A program made the translations under genes and the position numbers. Of a DNA stretch of 64,000 bases, positions 8,683 through 18,758 are shown piece by piece (position 1 is the first letter of the stretch; each line of letters begins with the position of its first letter). A model generated the notes under the pieces. That model did not search any database, was not told the origin of the DNA, and saw nothing but the letters and a program-made list of their open reading frames with translations. This DNA is from an uncultured Acidimicrobiaceae bacterium (GTDB lineage Bacteria; Actinomycetota; Acidimicrobiia; Acidimicrobiales; RAAP-2), in assembly GCA_963840245.1 (NCBI GenBank), contig CAWIYI010000048.1, positions 6,574-70,573 of the forward strand, written 5' to 3'.

Positions 8683-10377
8683 GTGAGCGGGACGGGGATC
8701 GGCGGCGCCCCGGCCGATCGGGAGGACCCGCGGGCCGACCTCATCTGGGGCACGGTGCCGCGCCTGGTGGAGGACGCGGCACTCCGGCACGGCTGCACTG
8801 AGGCGCTGGTGGACGGGGACGTGCGCCTGACCTACGCGCAGCTGGCCCAGGAGGTCGACCGCTACGCCCGCGGCTTCGTTGCGGCCGGGGTCGGGGCGCG
8901 GGACCGGGTGGCCATGTGGGCGCCCAACTGTGCGGAGTGGATGCTCGCCGCGCTCGGGCTCCTACGGGCCGGTGCGGTGCTCGTGCCGCTCAACACCCGC
9001 TTCAAGGGTGGTGAGGCGGCCTACATCGTGCGCGACGCGGGAGCGTCGACGCTCGTTACCGTGCGCGGGTTCCTGGGCACCGACTACCCGGGCCTGCTGG
9101 CGGGTGAGGACACCGGCGATCTCGCGTGCACGATCCTCCTGCGCGACGAGGGTGCCATGGCGGGTTCGGGCACGGGCACAGACGGGCGGCCGGTGACGAG
9201 CCTGGCGGCCTTCCTCGAGGCCGGCGGCCGCATCGACGCCGGCGTCACCGCCGCCCGGGCCGCCGCCGTCGAGCCGGGTGACGTCTCGGACCTCATCTTC
9301 ACCTCTGGTACCACGGGCCGTCCCAAGGGTGCGGCGGCCACGCACGCGCAGTCGTTGCGGACTTTCGGGACCTGGTCGTCCATCGTGGGGCTGGGGGCCG
9401 GTGACCGCTACCTCGTCGTGAACCCGTTCTTCCACACGTTCGGGTACAAGGCGGGCATCCTGGCGTGCGTGATGGCCGGGGCCACCGTTGTCCCGGAGCC
9501 GGTCTTCGACGCGACCGCGGTCATGGACCGCATCGGCGCCGAGCGCATCAGCGTGCTGCCCGGACCACCCACGCTCTACCAGACGCTGCTGAGCGATCCC
9601 CGGAGGGCCGCGCACGACCTGTCGTCGCTCCGGCTCGGCGTCACCGGCGCGGCGGTCGTGCCGGTCGAGCTCGTGCAGGCCATGCGAGACGAGCTGGGCT
9701 TCGACACCGTCCTCACGGCGTACGGCCTGACCGAGTCCTGCGGGACGGTCACCATGTGCCGTCGCAGCGACCCGCCCGAGATCGTCGCCGGCACGTCCGG
9801 TCGCGCCATCCCGGGGTTGGAGGTACGGGCGGTGGCCGAGGGCGTCGAGGTCGCCGCCGGCGAGCCCGGCGAGATCGTCGTCCGTGGCTACACCGTGATG
9901 CCGGGCTACTGGGGGAACGAGGCCGCCACGGCGGAGACGATCGACGCGGAGGGCTGGTTGCACACCGGCGACATCGGGGTCATGGACACCGCGGGCAACG
10001 TCACCATTACCGACCGGGTCAAGGACATGTACGTCGTGGGCGGCTTCAACGCCTACCCGGCCGAGATCGAGGCCATTCTCCGCTGTCACGAGGCCGTCGG
10101 TCAGGTGGCCGTGGTCGGCGTGCCCGACGAGCGGATGGGGGAGGTGGGCGTGGCCTACGTCGTCCCCGCGGCGCGCGTGGCCGGCGACGCCGATACCCTC
10201 GAACTGGGACGGGCGATCCTCAGCTGGTCACGGGGGGCGATGGCCAACTACAAAGTCCCCCGCGGTGTCGTCGTGGTCGACGCGCTGCCGGTGAACGCCA
10301 GCGGGAAGGTGCTCAAGCGCGAGCTGCGCCGGCGTCACGCGGACGGCGCGGACCGCGTCGTCACCAACGAGTCGTAG
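8683..10377 (+). CDS. AMP-dependent acyl-CoA synthetase/ligase (FadD-like)
   Basis: AMP-binding motif LIFTSGTTGRPKGA, plus YGLTE, GWLHTGD and the C-terminal PVNASGKVLKREL. Confidence 0.9.
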   Translation: MSGTGIGGAPADREDPRADLIWGTVPRLVEDAALRHGCTEALVDGDVRLTYAQLAQEVDRYARGFVAAGVGARDRVAMWAPNCAEWMLAALGLLRAGAVLVPLNTRFKGGEAAYIVRDAGASTLVTVRGFLGTDYPGLLAGEDTGDLACTILLRDEGAMAGSGTGTDGRPVTSLAAFLEAGGRIDAGVTAARAAAVEPGDVSDLIFTSGTTGRPKGAAATHAQSLRTFGTWSSIVGLGAGDRYLVVNPFFHTFGYKAGILACVMAGATVVPEPVFDATAVMDRIGAERISVLPGPPTLYQTLLSDPRRAAHDLSSLRLGVTGAAVVPVELVQAMRDELGFDTVLTAYGLTESCGTVTMCRRSDPPEIVAGTSGRAIPGLEVRAVAEGVEVAAGEPGEIVVRGYTVMPGYWGNEAATAETIDAEGWLHTGDIGVMDTAGNVTITDRVKDMYVVGGFNAYPAEIEAILRCHEAVGQVAVVGVPDERMGEVGVAYVVPAARVAGDADTLELGRAILSWSRGAMANYKVPRGVVVVDALPVNASGKVLKRELRRRHADGADRVVTNES

Positions 10378-10397
10378 GAACACGAGAGGAGCACACA

Positions 10398-11507
10398 ATG
10401 CGAGGCATCGTCTACACCGGAGAGGGGGTCGAGGTCACCGACGCGCTGGAGGTGCGCGGCCCCGGGCCCAACGAGGTGCAGGTGCGCATACAGGCGGCGG
10501 GCGTGTGCCACTCCGACCTGTCGGTGATCGACGGCACCATCCCCTTCCCGGCTCCCGCCGTGCTGGGCCACGAGGGCGCCGGCATCGTGGAGGCGGTCGG
10601 CGACGCCGTGCGATCCGTGAAGCCCGGTGATCACGTCGTCATCGCCACCCTGGCCAGCTGCGGCGCGTGCCGCGCCTGCGGCACCGGTCACCCGACATGG
10701 TGCAAGAGCTCCCTCGGGAACATCTCGACGCCGTTCACCTTCAAGGGTGAGCCCGCGTCGAACTTCGCGGCCGCCTCTGTCTTCTCGGAGCAGACGATCG
10801 TCAGCGAGGTCCAGGCCGTGCGAATCCCGAAGGACGTGCCGCTGTCGTCGGCCTGCCTCATCGGATGTGGCGTGCTGACCGGTGTGGGTGCGGTGCTGAA
10901 CCGGGCCAAGGTGAAGCCCGGCGACACGGCGGCCGTCTTCGGCGTGGGAGGCGTGGGCCTGAACGTGATCCAAGGGTTGCGCATCGCCGGCGCGACAAGG
11001 ATTGTCGCTGTCGACACCGTGGCCGCCAAGGAGAAGCTCAGTCGGCAGTTCGGCGCCACCCACTTCGTCGACGCCGGCGCCGGAGACGCGGCGGCGGCCG
11101 TGCGCGCGCTCGTCCCCGCCGACCGGGAGTCGGCCGCCGGCGCGCTCTTCCCGTTGGGCGGGGTGACGTGGGCCTTCGACTGCGTCGGCCACCCCGCCGT
11201 CCTGCGCAGCGCCCTGGACTGCCTCGACTGGGCCGGCAACGCCGTGGCCATCGGCATCCCGGCCCGCGGGACCGAGGTGGCGGTGGACGTCAATGCGCTG
11301 GCCTACGTCGATCGCGGGCTGCTCGGGTGCCGCTACGGCTCGGCCCGGCCGCACCACGACATCCCCCTGATGATCGATTTCTACAAGTCCGGGCTGCTCA
11401 TGCTCGACGAGCTGGTGTCCCTCACCCGTCCGCTCGAACGTTTCGGCGAGGTCGTCGACGAGATGCACGCCGGTCGCGTGGCGCGGGGTGTCCTCACCTT
11501 CGACTAG
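10398..11507 (+). CDS. Zinc-dependent alcohol dehydrogenase (MDR family)
   Basis: ATG 10398 with GAGAGGAG upstream. Motifs GVCHSDL, GHEGAGIVEAVG, a structural-zinc Cys cluster (CGACRACGTGHPTWC) and GVGGVGL. Confidence 0.9.
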   Translation: MRGIVYTGEGVEVTDALEVRGPGPNEVQVRIQAAGVCHSDLSVIDGTIPFPAPAVLGHEGAGIVEAVGDAVRSVKPGDHVVIATLASCGACRACGTGHPTWCKSSLGNISTPFTFKGEPASNFAAASVFSEQTIVSEVQAVRIPKDVPLSSACLIGCGVLTGVGAVLNRAKVKPGDTAAVFGVGGVGLNVIQGLRIAGATRIVAVDTVAAKEKLSRQFGATHFVDAGAGDAAAAVRALVPADRESAAGALFPLGGVTWAFDCVGHPAVLRSALDCLDWAGNAVAIGIPARGTEVAVDVNALAYVDRGLLGCRYGSARPHHDIPLMIDFYKSGLLMLDELVSLTRPLERFGEVVDEMHAGRVARGVLTFD

Positions 11508-11548
11508 AAACTGGCCATGCCAACACTGCCCCCGGCGGGACCACGGTC

Positions 11549-12292
11549 GTGAAGGGCGTCATCCTCGCCGGGGGGACGGGCTCGCGCCTGTACCCCCTGA
11601 CCCGGATCACCAACAAGCATCTCCTGCCTATCTACGACCGCCCGATGATCGCCTGGTCGATCGAGGCCGTGGTGTCGGCCGGCATCGACGAGATCATGTT
11701 GGTGACCGGCGGGACGCATGCCGGCGAGTTCCTGCGCCTGCTCGGCAACGGCCACGAGTACGGCATCAACCAGTTGTCCTACGCGTACCAGGAGAAGGCG
11801 GGCGGCATCGCCGAGGCGCTCGGGCTCGCCGCGCACTTCGCCGAGGGCGGGCCGGTTCTCGTCATGCTGGCCGACAACATCGTCGAGCGCTCCATCCGTC
11901 CGATGGTCGACGCCTTCTGCGCCGACCCCGTCGGCTCCCGCATCCTGCTGTCCAGGGTTCTCGAACCAGAGCACCTGCGCCACCTCGGCGTGCCCGTCTT
12001 CGGGGAGGACGGCCGGGTGGCCCACATCGAGGAGAAGCCCGAGCACCCGGCCTCGGAGTACTGCGTGACCGGCATCTACTGCTACGAGGAGGGTGTGTTC
12101 GACATCATCGGTGATCTCGTTCCCTCGGGCCGGGGCGAGTTGGAGATCACCGACGTGAACAACCACTTCGTCGCGAAGGGACAGATGGCGCACGACATCC
12201 AGGAAGGCTTCTGGGGCGACGCGGGCGAGTCGATCGCTGCGTACTACGCGGTCAACGACTTCGTGCGCCAGAACGGCGCCAACCTGACGTAG
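11549..12292 (+). CDS. Sugar-1-phosphate nucleotidyltransferase (short RmlA-like thymidylyltransferase family)
   Basis: N-terminal KGVILAGGTGSRLYPLTRITNKHLLPIYDRPMI signature. GTG 11549 is in frame. About 247 aa. Confidence 0.8.
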   Translation: MKGVILAGGTGSRLYPLTRITNKHLLPIYDRPMIAWSIEAVVSAGIDEIMLVTGGTHAGEFLRLLGNGHEYGINQLSYAYQEKAGGIAEALGLAAHFAEGGPVLVMLADNIVERSIRPMVDAFCADPVGSRILLSRVLEPEHLRHLGVPVFGEDGRVAHIEEKPEHPASEYCVTGIYCYEEGVFDIIGDLVPSGRGELEITDVNNHFVAKGQMAHDIQEGFWGDAGESIAAYYAVNDFVRQNGANLT

Positions 12293-12313
12293 AGCAACCG
12301 CCCGGCGGGACGG

Positions 12314-14317
12314 TCAGTCGGGCCGGGGCTCGACCGGGACGGCGAGCCGGACCCGGCGGACGCTCTCGGCGATGCCGGCACCATCGAGCCCGAGACTGGC
12401 GAGGATGTCGTCGGCCTTGCCCTGGGCGACATACTGACGCGGAATCCCCAGCACGCGGGTGGCCGGCACCGGAAGGCCCGCCGAGTCCAGCTCGGTCGCC
12501 ATGGCGTCGAGGAGGAAGGCCCCGGCGCCGCCGTGGCGCACCCCGTCCTCTGCGGTCACCACCAGGCCATGGCGAGCCGCGTCATCGAGCATGGCCACGT
12601 CGGGGGGCGAGACCACGCGGGCGTCCCACACGGTGGCGTCGATGCCCTCGCCGGCCAACTCGTCGGCGGCGCTCAGGCAGGCGGCGACGGTCTTGCCCAC
12701 GCCGAGGAGGCACACCGACCCGTCACCGGCGCGCAGTCGGCGCGCCTGGAGACCGCTGCCCACCTCGTCGGCGTCCACGTGACGGGGCGCGGTCTTGGGC
12801 ACGCGGATGGTGGAAGGCCCGGGCAACTCGAGAGCGGTCCGCAGCATCACTTCGACCTCCTCGGCCGAGGACGGCGCGAACACCGTCATGCCCGGGATGG
12901 ACAGGGCCAGCGCCAGGTCGAGGATCCCGTGGTGGCTCGGCCCGTCGTCGCCGGTGATCCCGGCCCGGTCGAGCACGAAGACCACCGGGCAGCCGTGCAG
13001 CCCGACGTCGAGATTGGCCTGGTCGAAGGCGCGGGACCAGAAGGTGGAGTACACCGCGACCACGGGCCGCAGCCCGGCCATGGCCATCCCGGCGGCGGAG
13101 GCCGCCTCGTGCTGCTCGGCGATGCCGACGTCGAAGAAGCGGTCGGGGAACCGGGCCTGGAAGGCCAGCAACCCGGTGGGACCCGCCATGGCCGCGGTGA
13201 GCGCCACGATGCGCGGGTCGTCCTCCGCCGCGGCCAGCAGGGCCATCGAGAAGGCATCGGTGTACGTCGCGGCGCGCTGCGAGGACTCGTCGACGTCGTT
13301 CTCGGGTGCCGAGCCCAGCGAGGCGATCCCGCCGCCGTCGGATCCGGCGGAGCCGCCCACGGCCCGGCCGGCGGAACTGCCCACCGTGTTCTCGAGCGCG
13401 ATGGGCGCGGTGGCCTTGACGTCGTGGAGCCGCTGGATGTCGTCCTCTTCGGCCGGGGCGTAGCCGCGGCCTTTCTGCGTCAGCACGTGGACGACGATCG
13501 GGCCGTCCCACTCGGCGGCGTGTGTGAAGGCCTGCTCCATGTGCTCGATGTCATGGCCGTCGATCGGCCCGGCGTAACGCACGCCCAGCGCCTCGAAGAA
13601 GGTGTGCGGCGCCACCATGTCGCGCAGCGCGCTGGTCAACGAGTGCACGCCCGAGTAGGCCAGCTCGCCCAGGGCGGGCAGCTCGCGCAGGCGCAGGCGG
13701 AGTCGCTCGCGGGCCGCCGTATAGGTCGGGTTGAGCCGCAGCGTCGTGAGACTCTGCGAGAGCTGCGAGACCGTCGGCGCGTAGGAGCGACCGTTGTCGT
13801 TGAGCACGATCACCACGCGGCGATGCGAGTGCCCGAGGTTGTTCAGGGCCTCGTAGGCCATGCCCCCGGTCAGGGCGCCGTCGCCGACGACGGCCACCAC
13901 CTTGCGCTCCCCGTCGATCCCCCGCAGCGCGAAGCCGCTGGCGATCCCGTGGGCGTAGGAGAGGCCGGTCGACGCGTGGCTGTTCTCGATCCAGTCGTGC
14001 TCGGACTCGGCCCGGTTGGGATATCCGGACATGCCGCCCGCCTGCTTCAACGTCTTGAAGCCGTAGCGGCGGCCGGTGAGCAGCTTGTGCACGTAGGCCT
14101 GGTGGCCGGTGTCCCACAGGATGACGTCGCGGGGCGAGTCGAAGACACGGTGCAGCGCCAGTGTGAGCTCGACTGCCCCGAGGTTGGAGCCGAGATGCCC
14201 CCCGGTCGTCGTGACCGTGTCGACGATGAACGCCCTGATCTCATCGCAGAGTTCGACGAGTTGCTCGTCGCTCAACTCCTTCAGATCGGCGGGCGTCTCG
14301 ATGCTGGGCAGGATCAT
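12314..14317 (-). CDS. dxs: 1-deoxy-D-xylulose-5-phosphate synthase
   Basis: ATG 14317 (MILPSIETPADLKEL...). DXS motifs GGHLGSNLGAVELT, ILWDTGHQAYVHK, GDGALTGGMAYEALN and AIAEQHA-like GIAEQHE. The longer ORF up to 14668 is an Arg-rich artefact. Confidence 0.95.
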   Translation of the reverse strand: MILPSIETPADLKELSDEQLVELCDEIRAFIVDTVTTTGGHLGSNLGAVELTLALHRVFDSPRDVILWDTGHQAYVHKLLTGRRYGFKTLKQAGGMSGYPNRAESEHDWIENSHASTGLSYAHGIASGFALRGIDGERKVVAVVGDGALTGGMAYEALNNLGHSHRRVVIVLNDNGRSYAPTVSQLSQSLTTLRLNPTYTAARERLRLRLRELPALGELAYSGVHSLTSALRDMVAPHTFFEALGVRYAGPIDGHDIEHMEQAFTHAAEWDGPIVVHVLTQKGRGYAPAEEDDIQRLHDVKATAPIALENTVGSSAGRAVGGSAGSDGGGIASLGSAPENDVDESSQRAATYTDAFSMALLAAAEDDPRIVALTAAMAGPTGLLAFQARFPDRFFDVGIAEQHEAASAAGMAMAGLRPVVAVYSTFWSRAFDQANLDVGLHGCPVVFVLDRAGITGDDGPSHHGILDLALALSIPGMTVFAPSSAEEVEVMLRTALELPGPSTIRVPKTAPRHVDADEVGSGLQARRLRAGDGSVCLLGVGKTVAACLSAADELAGEGIDATVWDARVVSPPDVAMLDDAARHGLVVTAEDGVRHGGAGAFLLDAMATELDSAGLPVPATRVLGIPRQYVAQGKADDILASLGLDGAGIAESVRRVRLAVPVEPRPD

Positions 14318-14331
14318 GGCGAGGTCCCAGG

Positions 14332-15477
14332 CTACCCGCTGGTCTCCGCGCCGGCCTTGCGTTGCGGAGTCAGGAGGGTGCAGGCGGCGACGCCGAAGGC
14401 GGCCAGAGCCAAGACCTGGAGGCCACGGGCGGGGCCCAGGTTCTGCGAGATCCACCCGACGATCGGGGCCCCGGCGACCCAGCCGACGTAGCCCGCCGCC
14501 GTGAAGGCGCCCACGGCGCTGACCACCTGGCTGGCCAGTCGGCTCACCGTGCTCATGACCAGAGGCCAGAACAGCGAGGCGCCCCCGGCGCCGAGAGCAA
14601 GGCCGAGCGCGGCAACGCCCGGGACGGAGGTGAGCGACTCCAAGAGGATCCCGGCGCCGGCCACGCAACCGCCGGTGATGAGGGCCCGCCGGGTGGAGAG
14701 GCGGCCGAGCAGGTGGCCGCCGGCACCGCGGGTGGTGGCCGCCATCAACTGGCCGACCACGTACGCCCCCGCCCCGAGCAGCACCCCGGTGGCGAGGTGG
14801 TTGCGCAGGTAGAGCACGCCCCAGGTGTCGACGCCGCCCTCGGTGATCTCCGCCAGGGCGAACACGGCCAGGAGCACGACCAGTCCGTCACGGCGCAGGC
14901 GGCGGAACGGATGCCGGTCCGCCGCGGCCCCGGACCCGGCCAGGTCGGTCGGCGCCAGGGCCGTGCCCGGGTCGGTGACGAGGGCCCACACGCCGACGAC
15001 CAGTGCCACCACGGCGATGGCAGGCCAGACCCACCGCCAGGACACGCCGGCGTGGATGACCAGCGCGGCAGCGGCCGCGCCGGTGAGCGCACCGGTGTTG
15101 AACAAGGCGTGCAGGCGCACCAGTGCCTTCGGGCTCTGCACCAGGCGATGGGACGCCTCGGCGTTCATGGCGGTGTCGATGGAGCCGCCGGCCACCTCCA
15201 CCAGGACCAGCACCACGGCGAAGGACCACGTGTCATGGGTGAGCGCCAGCACGCAGAGGAGGACCGACCAGGCGAACAGCGCAATCCACAGCAGGCGACG
15301 CGCGCCGACCCGGTCGCAGAAGTGCGCCATGACGGCACTCGACGCACCGGCCACCGCGATGGCCACGGCCAACAGCACGCCCAGTTGCGCGTCATTGAGG
15401 GAGAACGTGTGCTGGATGTTGAACAGCATCACGGCCCAGCTGCCCCAGAAGAGGCCGAAGGTCGCGAAGGCCGCCAC
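14332..15477 (-). CDS. MFS transporter; start uncertain
   Basis: About 12 hydrophobic segments and an MFS-like loop (CDRVGARRLL). GTG 15477 is the first plausible in-frame start downstream of the thioesterase stop at 15534. Confidence 0.7.
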   Translation of the reverse strand: MAAFATFGLFWGSWAVMLFNIQHTFSLNDAQLGVLLAVAIAVAGASSAVMAHFCDRVGARRLLWIALFAWSVLLCVLALTHDTWSFAVVLVLVEVAGGSIDTAMNAEASHRLVQSPKALVRLHALFNTGALTGAAAAALVIHAGVSWRWVWPAIAVVALVVGVWALVTDPGTALAPTDLAGSGAAADRHPFRRLRRDGLVVLLAVFALAEITEGGVDTWGVLYLRNHLATGVLLGAGAYVVGQLMAATTRGAGGHLLGRLSTRRALITGGCVAGAGILLESLTSVPGVAALGLALGAGGASLFWPLVMSTVSRLASQVVSAVGAFTAAGYVGWVAGAPIVGWISQNLGPARGLQVLALAAFGVAACTLLTPQRKAGAETSG

Positions 15478-15533
15478 GACCGGCCCGGCCCCGGCGAGCA
15501 GCCGCTGCCCCTCGGTGGCGGGCGGGGTCGCGC

Positions 15534-15977
15534 TCAGGGCGAGCCCGGGGCGCCCGCCTTGGCCAGAAAGGTGGAGCGGTCGACCACGACCCGGGTGACG
15601 CGGCCCGCACCGACGAGGCCGCCGCCGTCCCCCTCGAGCCGGGCGGCGGAGACGGTGAACGTCATCCGCCGGCCCTCGACCTTGACGAGCGTCGCCTCGG
15701 CCAGCACGACCGAGCCCACGGCGACGGGCGCCAGGTGGTCGAACTGCACCCGGGTGGCCACGCTGGACTGCGCCTCGTTGAGGTGCCCGTCGGTGGCCCG
15801 GCAGGTGGCCTCCTCGCACAGTGCGATGAGGCGGGGCGTGGCGAGGACGGGGACGTCGCCCGAGCGAAAGTGCTCGGCCGTGTCCTCGGCCGCGACCGTC
15901 AGCTCCAGCTGGGCGCTGAGCCCGGCGTGCGGCCCGTGCCCAGCCGCGGTGGAGGGAGGGGAGGAGTCGGCAGGCAC
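15534..15977 (-). CDS. Hotdog-fold thioesterase (FlK-like thioesterase superfamily)
   Basis: 147 aa. Pattern DVPVLATPRLIALCEEA...ATRVQFDHLAPVAVGSVV...A is typical of small hotdog thioesterases. GTG start at 15977. Confidence 0.65.
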   Translation of the reverse strand: MPADSSPPSTAAGHGPHAGLSAQLELTVAAEDTAEHFRSGDVPVLATPRLIALCEEATCRATDGHLNEAQSSVATRVQFDHLAPVAVGSVVLAEATLVKVEGRRMTFTVSAARLEGDGGGLVGAGRVTRVVVDRSTFLAKAGAPGSP

Positions 15978-15995
15978 GACGATTACGATACCGCC

Positions 15996-17393
15996 GTGAC
16001 CGACACCGCCCTCATTGACCCCGACGTGCTCGAACGCGTGCTGTCCACCGCCTTGGTCGGCGGCGGCGACATGGCGGAGGTGTTCGCCGAGGACGCCGCG
16101 ACGGCCAGCGCCATGCTCGACGACCGCCGGGTCGAGGAGCTCTCCTCGGGTCGCTCACGCGGGGCGGGGATACGGGTGGTCGACGGGGAGACGACGGGAT
16201 TCGCCCACACCGCGGACCTGAGCGAGTCCGGCCTGCTGGCCGCCGCCCGGGCCGCCGCCGCCGTGGCCCGCGAGGGCGGCAACGGGGTCCGCACCGTCGC
16301 CCTGGACCCGCTGACCGCCCACGGGCGTGGCGACCGCACCGCACCCGACTCGGTGGACAAGGCACACAAGCTCGAGCTGCTCACGCGGGCAGACGAGGTT
16401 GCCCGCGCTGCCGACGACGCCATCACCCAGGTGCAGGTCGGCTGTGGCGACAGCCGCCGCCGCGTCCTGATCGCCAACTCGGAGGGCCTGCTGGCCCAGG
16501 ACGAGCAGATCCGCACGCGCTTCAACGTCGTGTGCGTGGCCAACGGTGACACCGGGATGCAGACGGGCTACGAGTCGTTGGCCCGCACGGAGGGCTACGA
16601 GATATTCGAGCGCCACCGCGTCGAGGACATCGCCGCGGTGGCCGCGGCGCGGGCGCTGACGAAACTGTCGGCCCGTCCCGCTCCTTCGGGCGAGGTGCCG
16701 ATCGTGCTGGCGGGCGGCAGCGGCGGCATCCTGTTCCACGAAGCCTGCGGGCACGGGCTCGAGGCCGACCACATCGTCAAGGATGCGTCGGTGTACACCG
16801 GACAGGTCGGAGAGTTGGTGGCCAGCCCGCTCGTGACGCTGGTCGACGACGGCACCGTGCTGGGGGAGTGGGGCAACTTCGCGGTCGACGACGAGGGGTG
16901 CCCGCCCGGTCGCAACGTGCTGATCGAGAACGGGGTCCTCACCGACTACATGTGGGACTGGCTGCGGGCGCGCAAGGAGGGACGCAAGTCGTCGGGTAAC
17001 GGGCGCCGGCAGAGCTACCAACACCTGCCCATGGTGCGGATGACGAACACCTACCTGCTCGCGGGCATCGAGGATCCCGATGAGATCGTGGCCCAGACGC
17101 CTTCGGGCGTGTACGTGAAGAAGCTCGGCGGTGGACAGGTCAATACCGCGACGGGCGACTTCGTCTTCGGCACCACCGAGGCCTACCTGATTGAGGGTGG
17201 TCGCATCACCGAGCCACTGCGCGATGCCAACCTGATCGGCAACGGCCCCGAGGTGCTGCGGCGCATCGACGCCGTGGCCACCGACTTCGACATGACGCCG
17301 GGAACCTGCGGCAAGGACGGGCAGAGCGTCCCGGTCGGGTGCGGGCAGGCCACGCTCCGTATCACCGGCGTCACGCTCGGAGGGACGGCGTGA
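15996..17393 (+). CDS. tldD: Metalloprotease TldD
   Basis: TldD/PmbA family with the HEACGHGLEAD metal motif. GTG 15996 is in frame. Coupled to the next gene by a GTGA overlap. Confidence 0.9.
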   Translation: MTDTALIDPDVLERVLSTALVGGGDMAEVFAEDAATASAMLDDRRVEELSSGRSRGAGIRVVDGETTGFAHTADLSESGLLAAARAAAAVAREGGNGVRTVALDPLTAHGRGDRTAPDSVDKAHKLELLTRADEVARAADDAITQVQVGCGDSRRRVLIANSEGLLAQDEQIRTRFNVVCVANGDTGMQTGYESLARTEGYEIFERHRVEDIAAVAAARALTKLSARPAPSGEVPIVLAGGSGGILFHEACGHGLEADHIVKDASVYTGQVGELVASPLVTLVDDGTVLGEWGNFAVDDEGCPPGRNVLIENGVLTDYMWDWLRARKEGRKSSGNGRRQSYQHLPMVRMTNTYLLAGIEDPDEIVAQTPSGVYVKKLGGGQVNTATGDFVFGTTEAYLIEGGRITEPLRDANLIGNGPEVLRRIDAVATDFDMTPGTCGKDGQSVPVGCGQATLRITGVTLGGTA

Positions 17394-18754
17394 CCGACGA
17401 GCTCCTCGATCTGGCACAGTCCGTCGTCGCCCGCGCGCTCCCCGGCGAGGGCATGGAGGTCTACGTGACGCGGGGCACCGACACCGAGGTGCGGGCGTAC
17501 GAGGGTGAGGTGGAGTCGCTGACCTCGGCCGATTCCTCCGGCGTGGGGATCCGCCTCCTGCTCGAGGGGCCCGACGGCACGGGCAGCCAGGTGGGATTCG
17601 CCTGGGCCGGCTCGCTCGACCCGGCGGTCATCGCGGCCACCCTCGCCGACGCCCGCGACAACGCCCGCTTCGCCACACCGGACCCCGACGTCGTCCTGGC
17701 GGCGCCCGACGGCGTGGAGGCCGTGGAGCTCGACCTGTGGGACGACGGGGTGAGCGAGACGCCGATGGAGAAGAAGGTCGCCTTGGCGATCGAGCTGGAG
17801 CGGGCGACCCGTGCCGCCGACCCGAAGATCCGCCAGGTTTCCTCGGCCGACTACTCCGACAGCCGGGTGGAGGTGGCGCTCGCCTCGACCACCGGCATCT
17901 CGTCGTCACGGCGGCGCACGAACGCCTTCCTCTCGGTCGACGCCATCGCCGGCGAGGGTGCCGAGACGCAGACCGGCACCGGCTTCAGCATCGGTCGCGG
18001 GCCGGGCGAGCTGGTGCCGGACGAGGCGATGGACGACGCCGTCCTCCGGGCCACGCGGATGCTCGGGGCGCAGAAGGTGCGCTCGGCGCACTGCACCGTC
18101 GTCTTCGACCCGCGGGTGGTGTCCACGTTGTTGGCGGTGATGGCGTCCGCCCTCTCCGGTGAAGCCGTCGTCAAGGGCCGCTCCTTCTTCGCCGGCCGCA
18201 TCGGCGAGACGATCGCCACGGGCGGGGTCACATTGGTGGACGACCCGACCGACCCGCGGGCCTACGGCGCCTCGTCCCACGACGGTGAGGGGCTGGCCTG
18301 CCGGCGCAACGTCCTCATCGCCGATGGCGTGTTGGGAATGTTCGTGTACGACACGGTCTCGGCCCGGCGGGCGGGGGCGGTGTCGACCGGGTCGGCCGTG
18401 CGCGGCGGCTTCGCCGGCACGCCGGGGGCGGGTTGCCGCGCGCTCGTGCTGTCCCCGGGGGGCAAGGGTCCCGAGGAGATCCTCGCCGCCGTGGGCGACG
18501 GCCTCTACGTGCAGTCGGTGTCGGGCATCCACTCGGGGGTCAACACCGTCAGCGGCGACTTCTCCGTCGGGGCGGAGGGGCTGATGATCGAGGGTGGCGC
18601 GTTGGCCGGCCCGGTACGGGAGGTCACCGTCGCCTCCACTCTGCAGCGCATGTTGCAGTCGGTGGTCGAGATCGGCGGCGACCTGCGCTGGCTGCCCGGC
18701 GTGGCCGCAGGCCAGACCCTGGCCATCGCCGACATGGCACTCAGCGGCGATTGA
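17390..18754 (+). CDS. pmbA: Metalloprotease partner PmbA/TldE
   Basis: TldD/PmbA family without the HExxxH motif. GTG 17390 overlaps the tldD stop. Contains the conserved C-terminal GDFSVGAEGLMIEGG. Confidence 0.9.
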   Translation: MTDELLDLAQSVVARALPGEGMEVYVTRGTDTEVRAYEGEVESLTSADSSGVGIRLLLEGPDGTGSQVGFAWAGSLDPAVIAATLADARDNARFATPDPDVVLAAPDGVEAVELDLWDDGVSETPMEKKVALAIELERATRAADPKIRQVSSADYSDSRVEVALASTTGISSSRRRTNAFLSVDAIAGEGAETQTGTGFSIGRGPGELVPDEAMDDAVLRATRMLGAQKVRSAHCTVVFDPRVVSTLLAVMASALSGEAVVKGRSFFAGRIGETIATGGVTLVDDPTDPRAYGASSHDGEGLACRRNVLIADGVLGMFVYDTVSARRAGAVSTGSAVRGGFAGTPGAGCRALVLSPGGKGPEEILAAVGDGLYVQSVSGIHSGVNTVSGDFSVGAEGLMIEGGALAGPVREVTVASTLQRMLQSVVEIGGDLRWLPGVAAGQTLAIADMALSGD

Positions 18755-18758
18755 GCTC

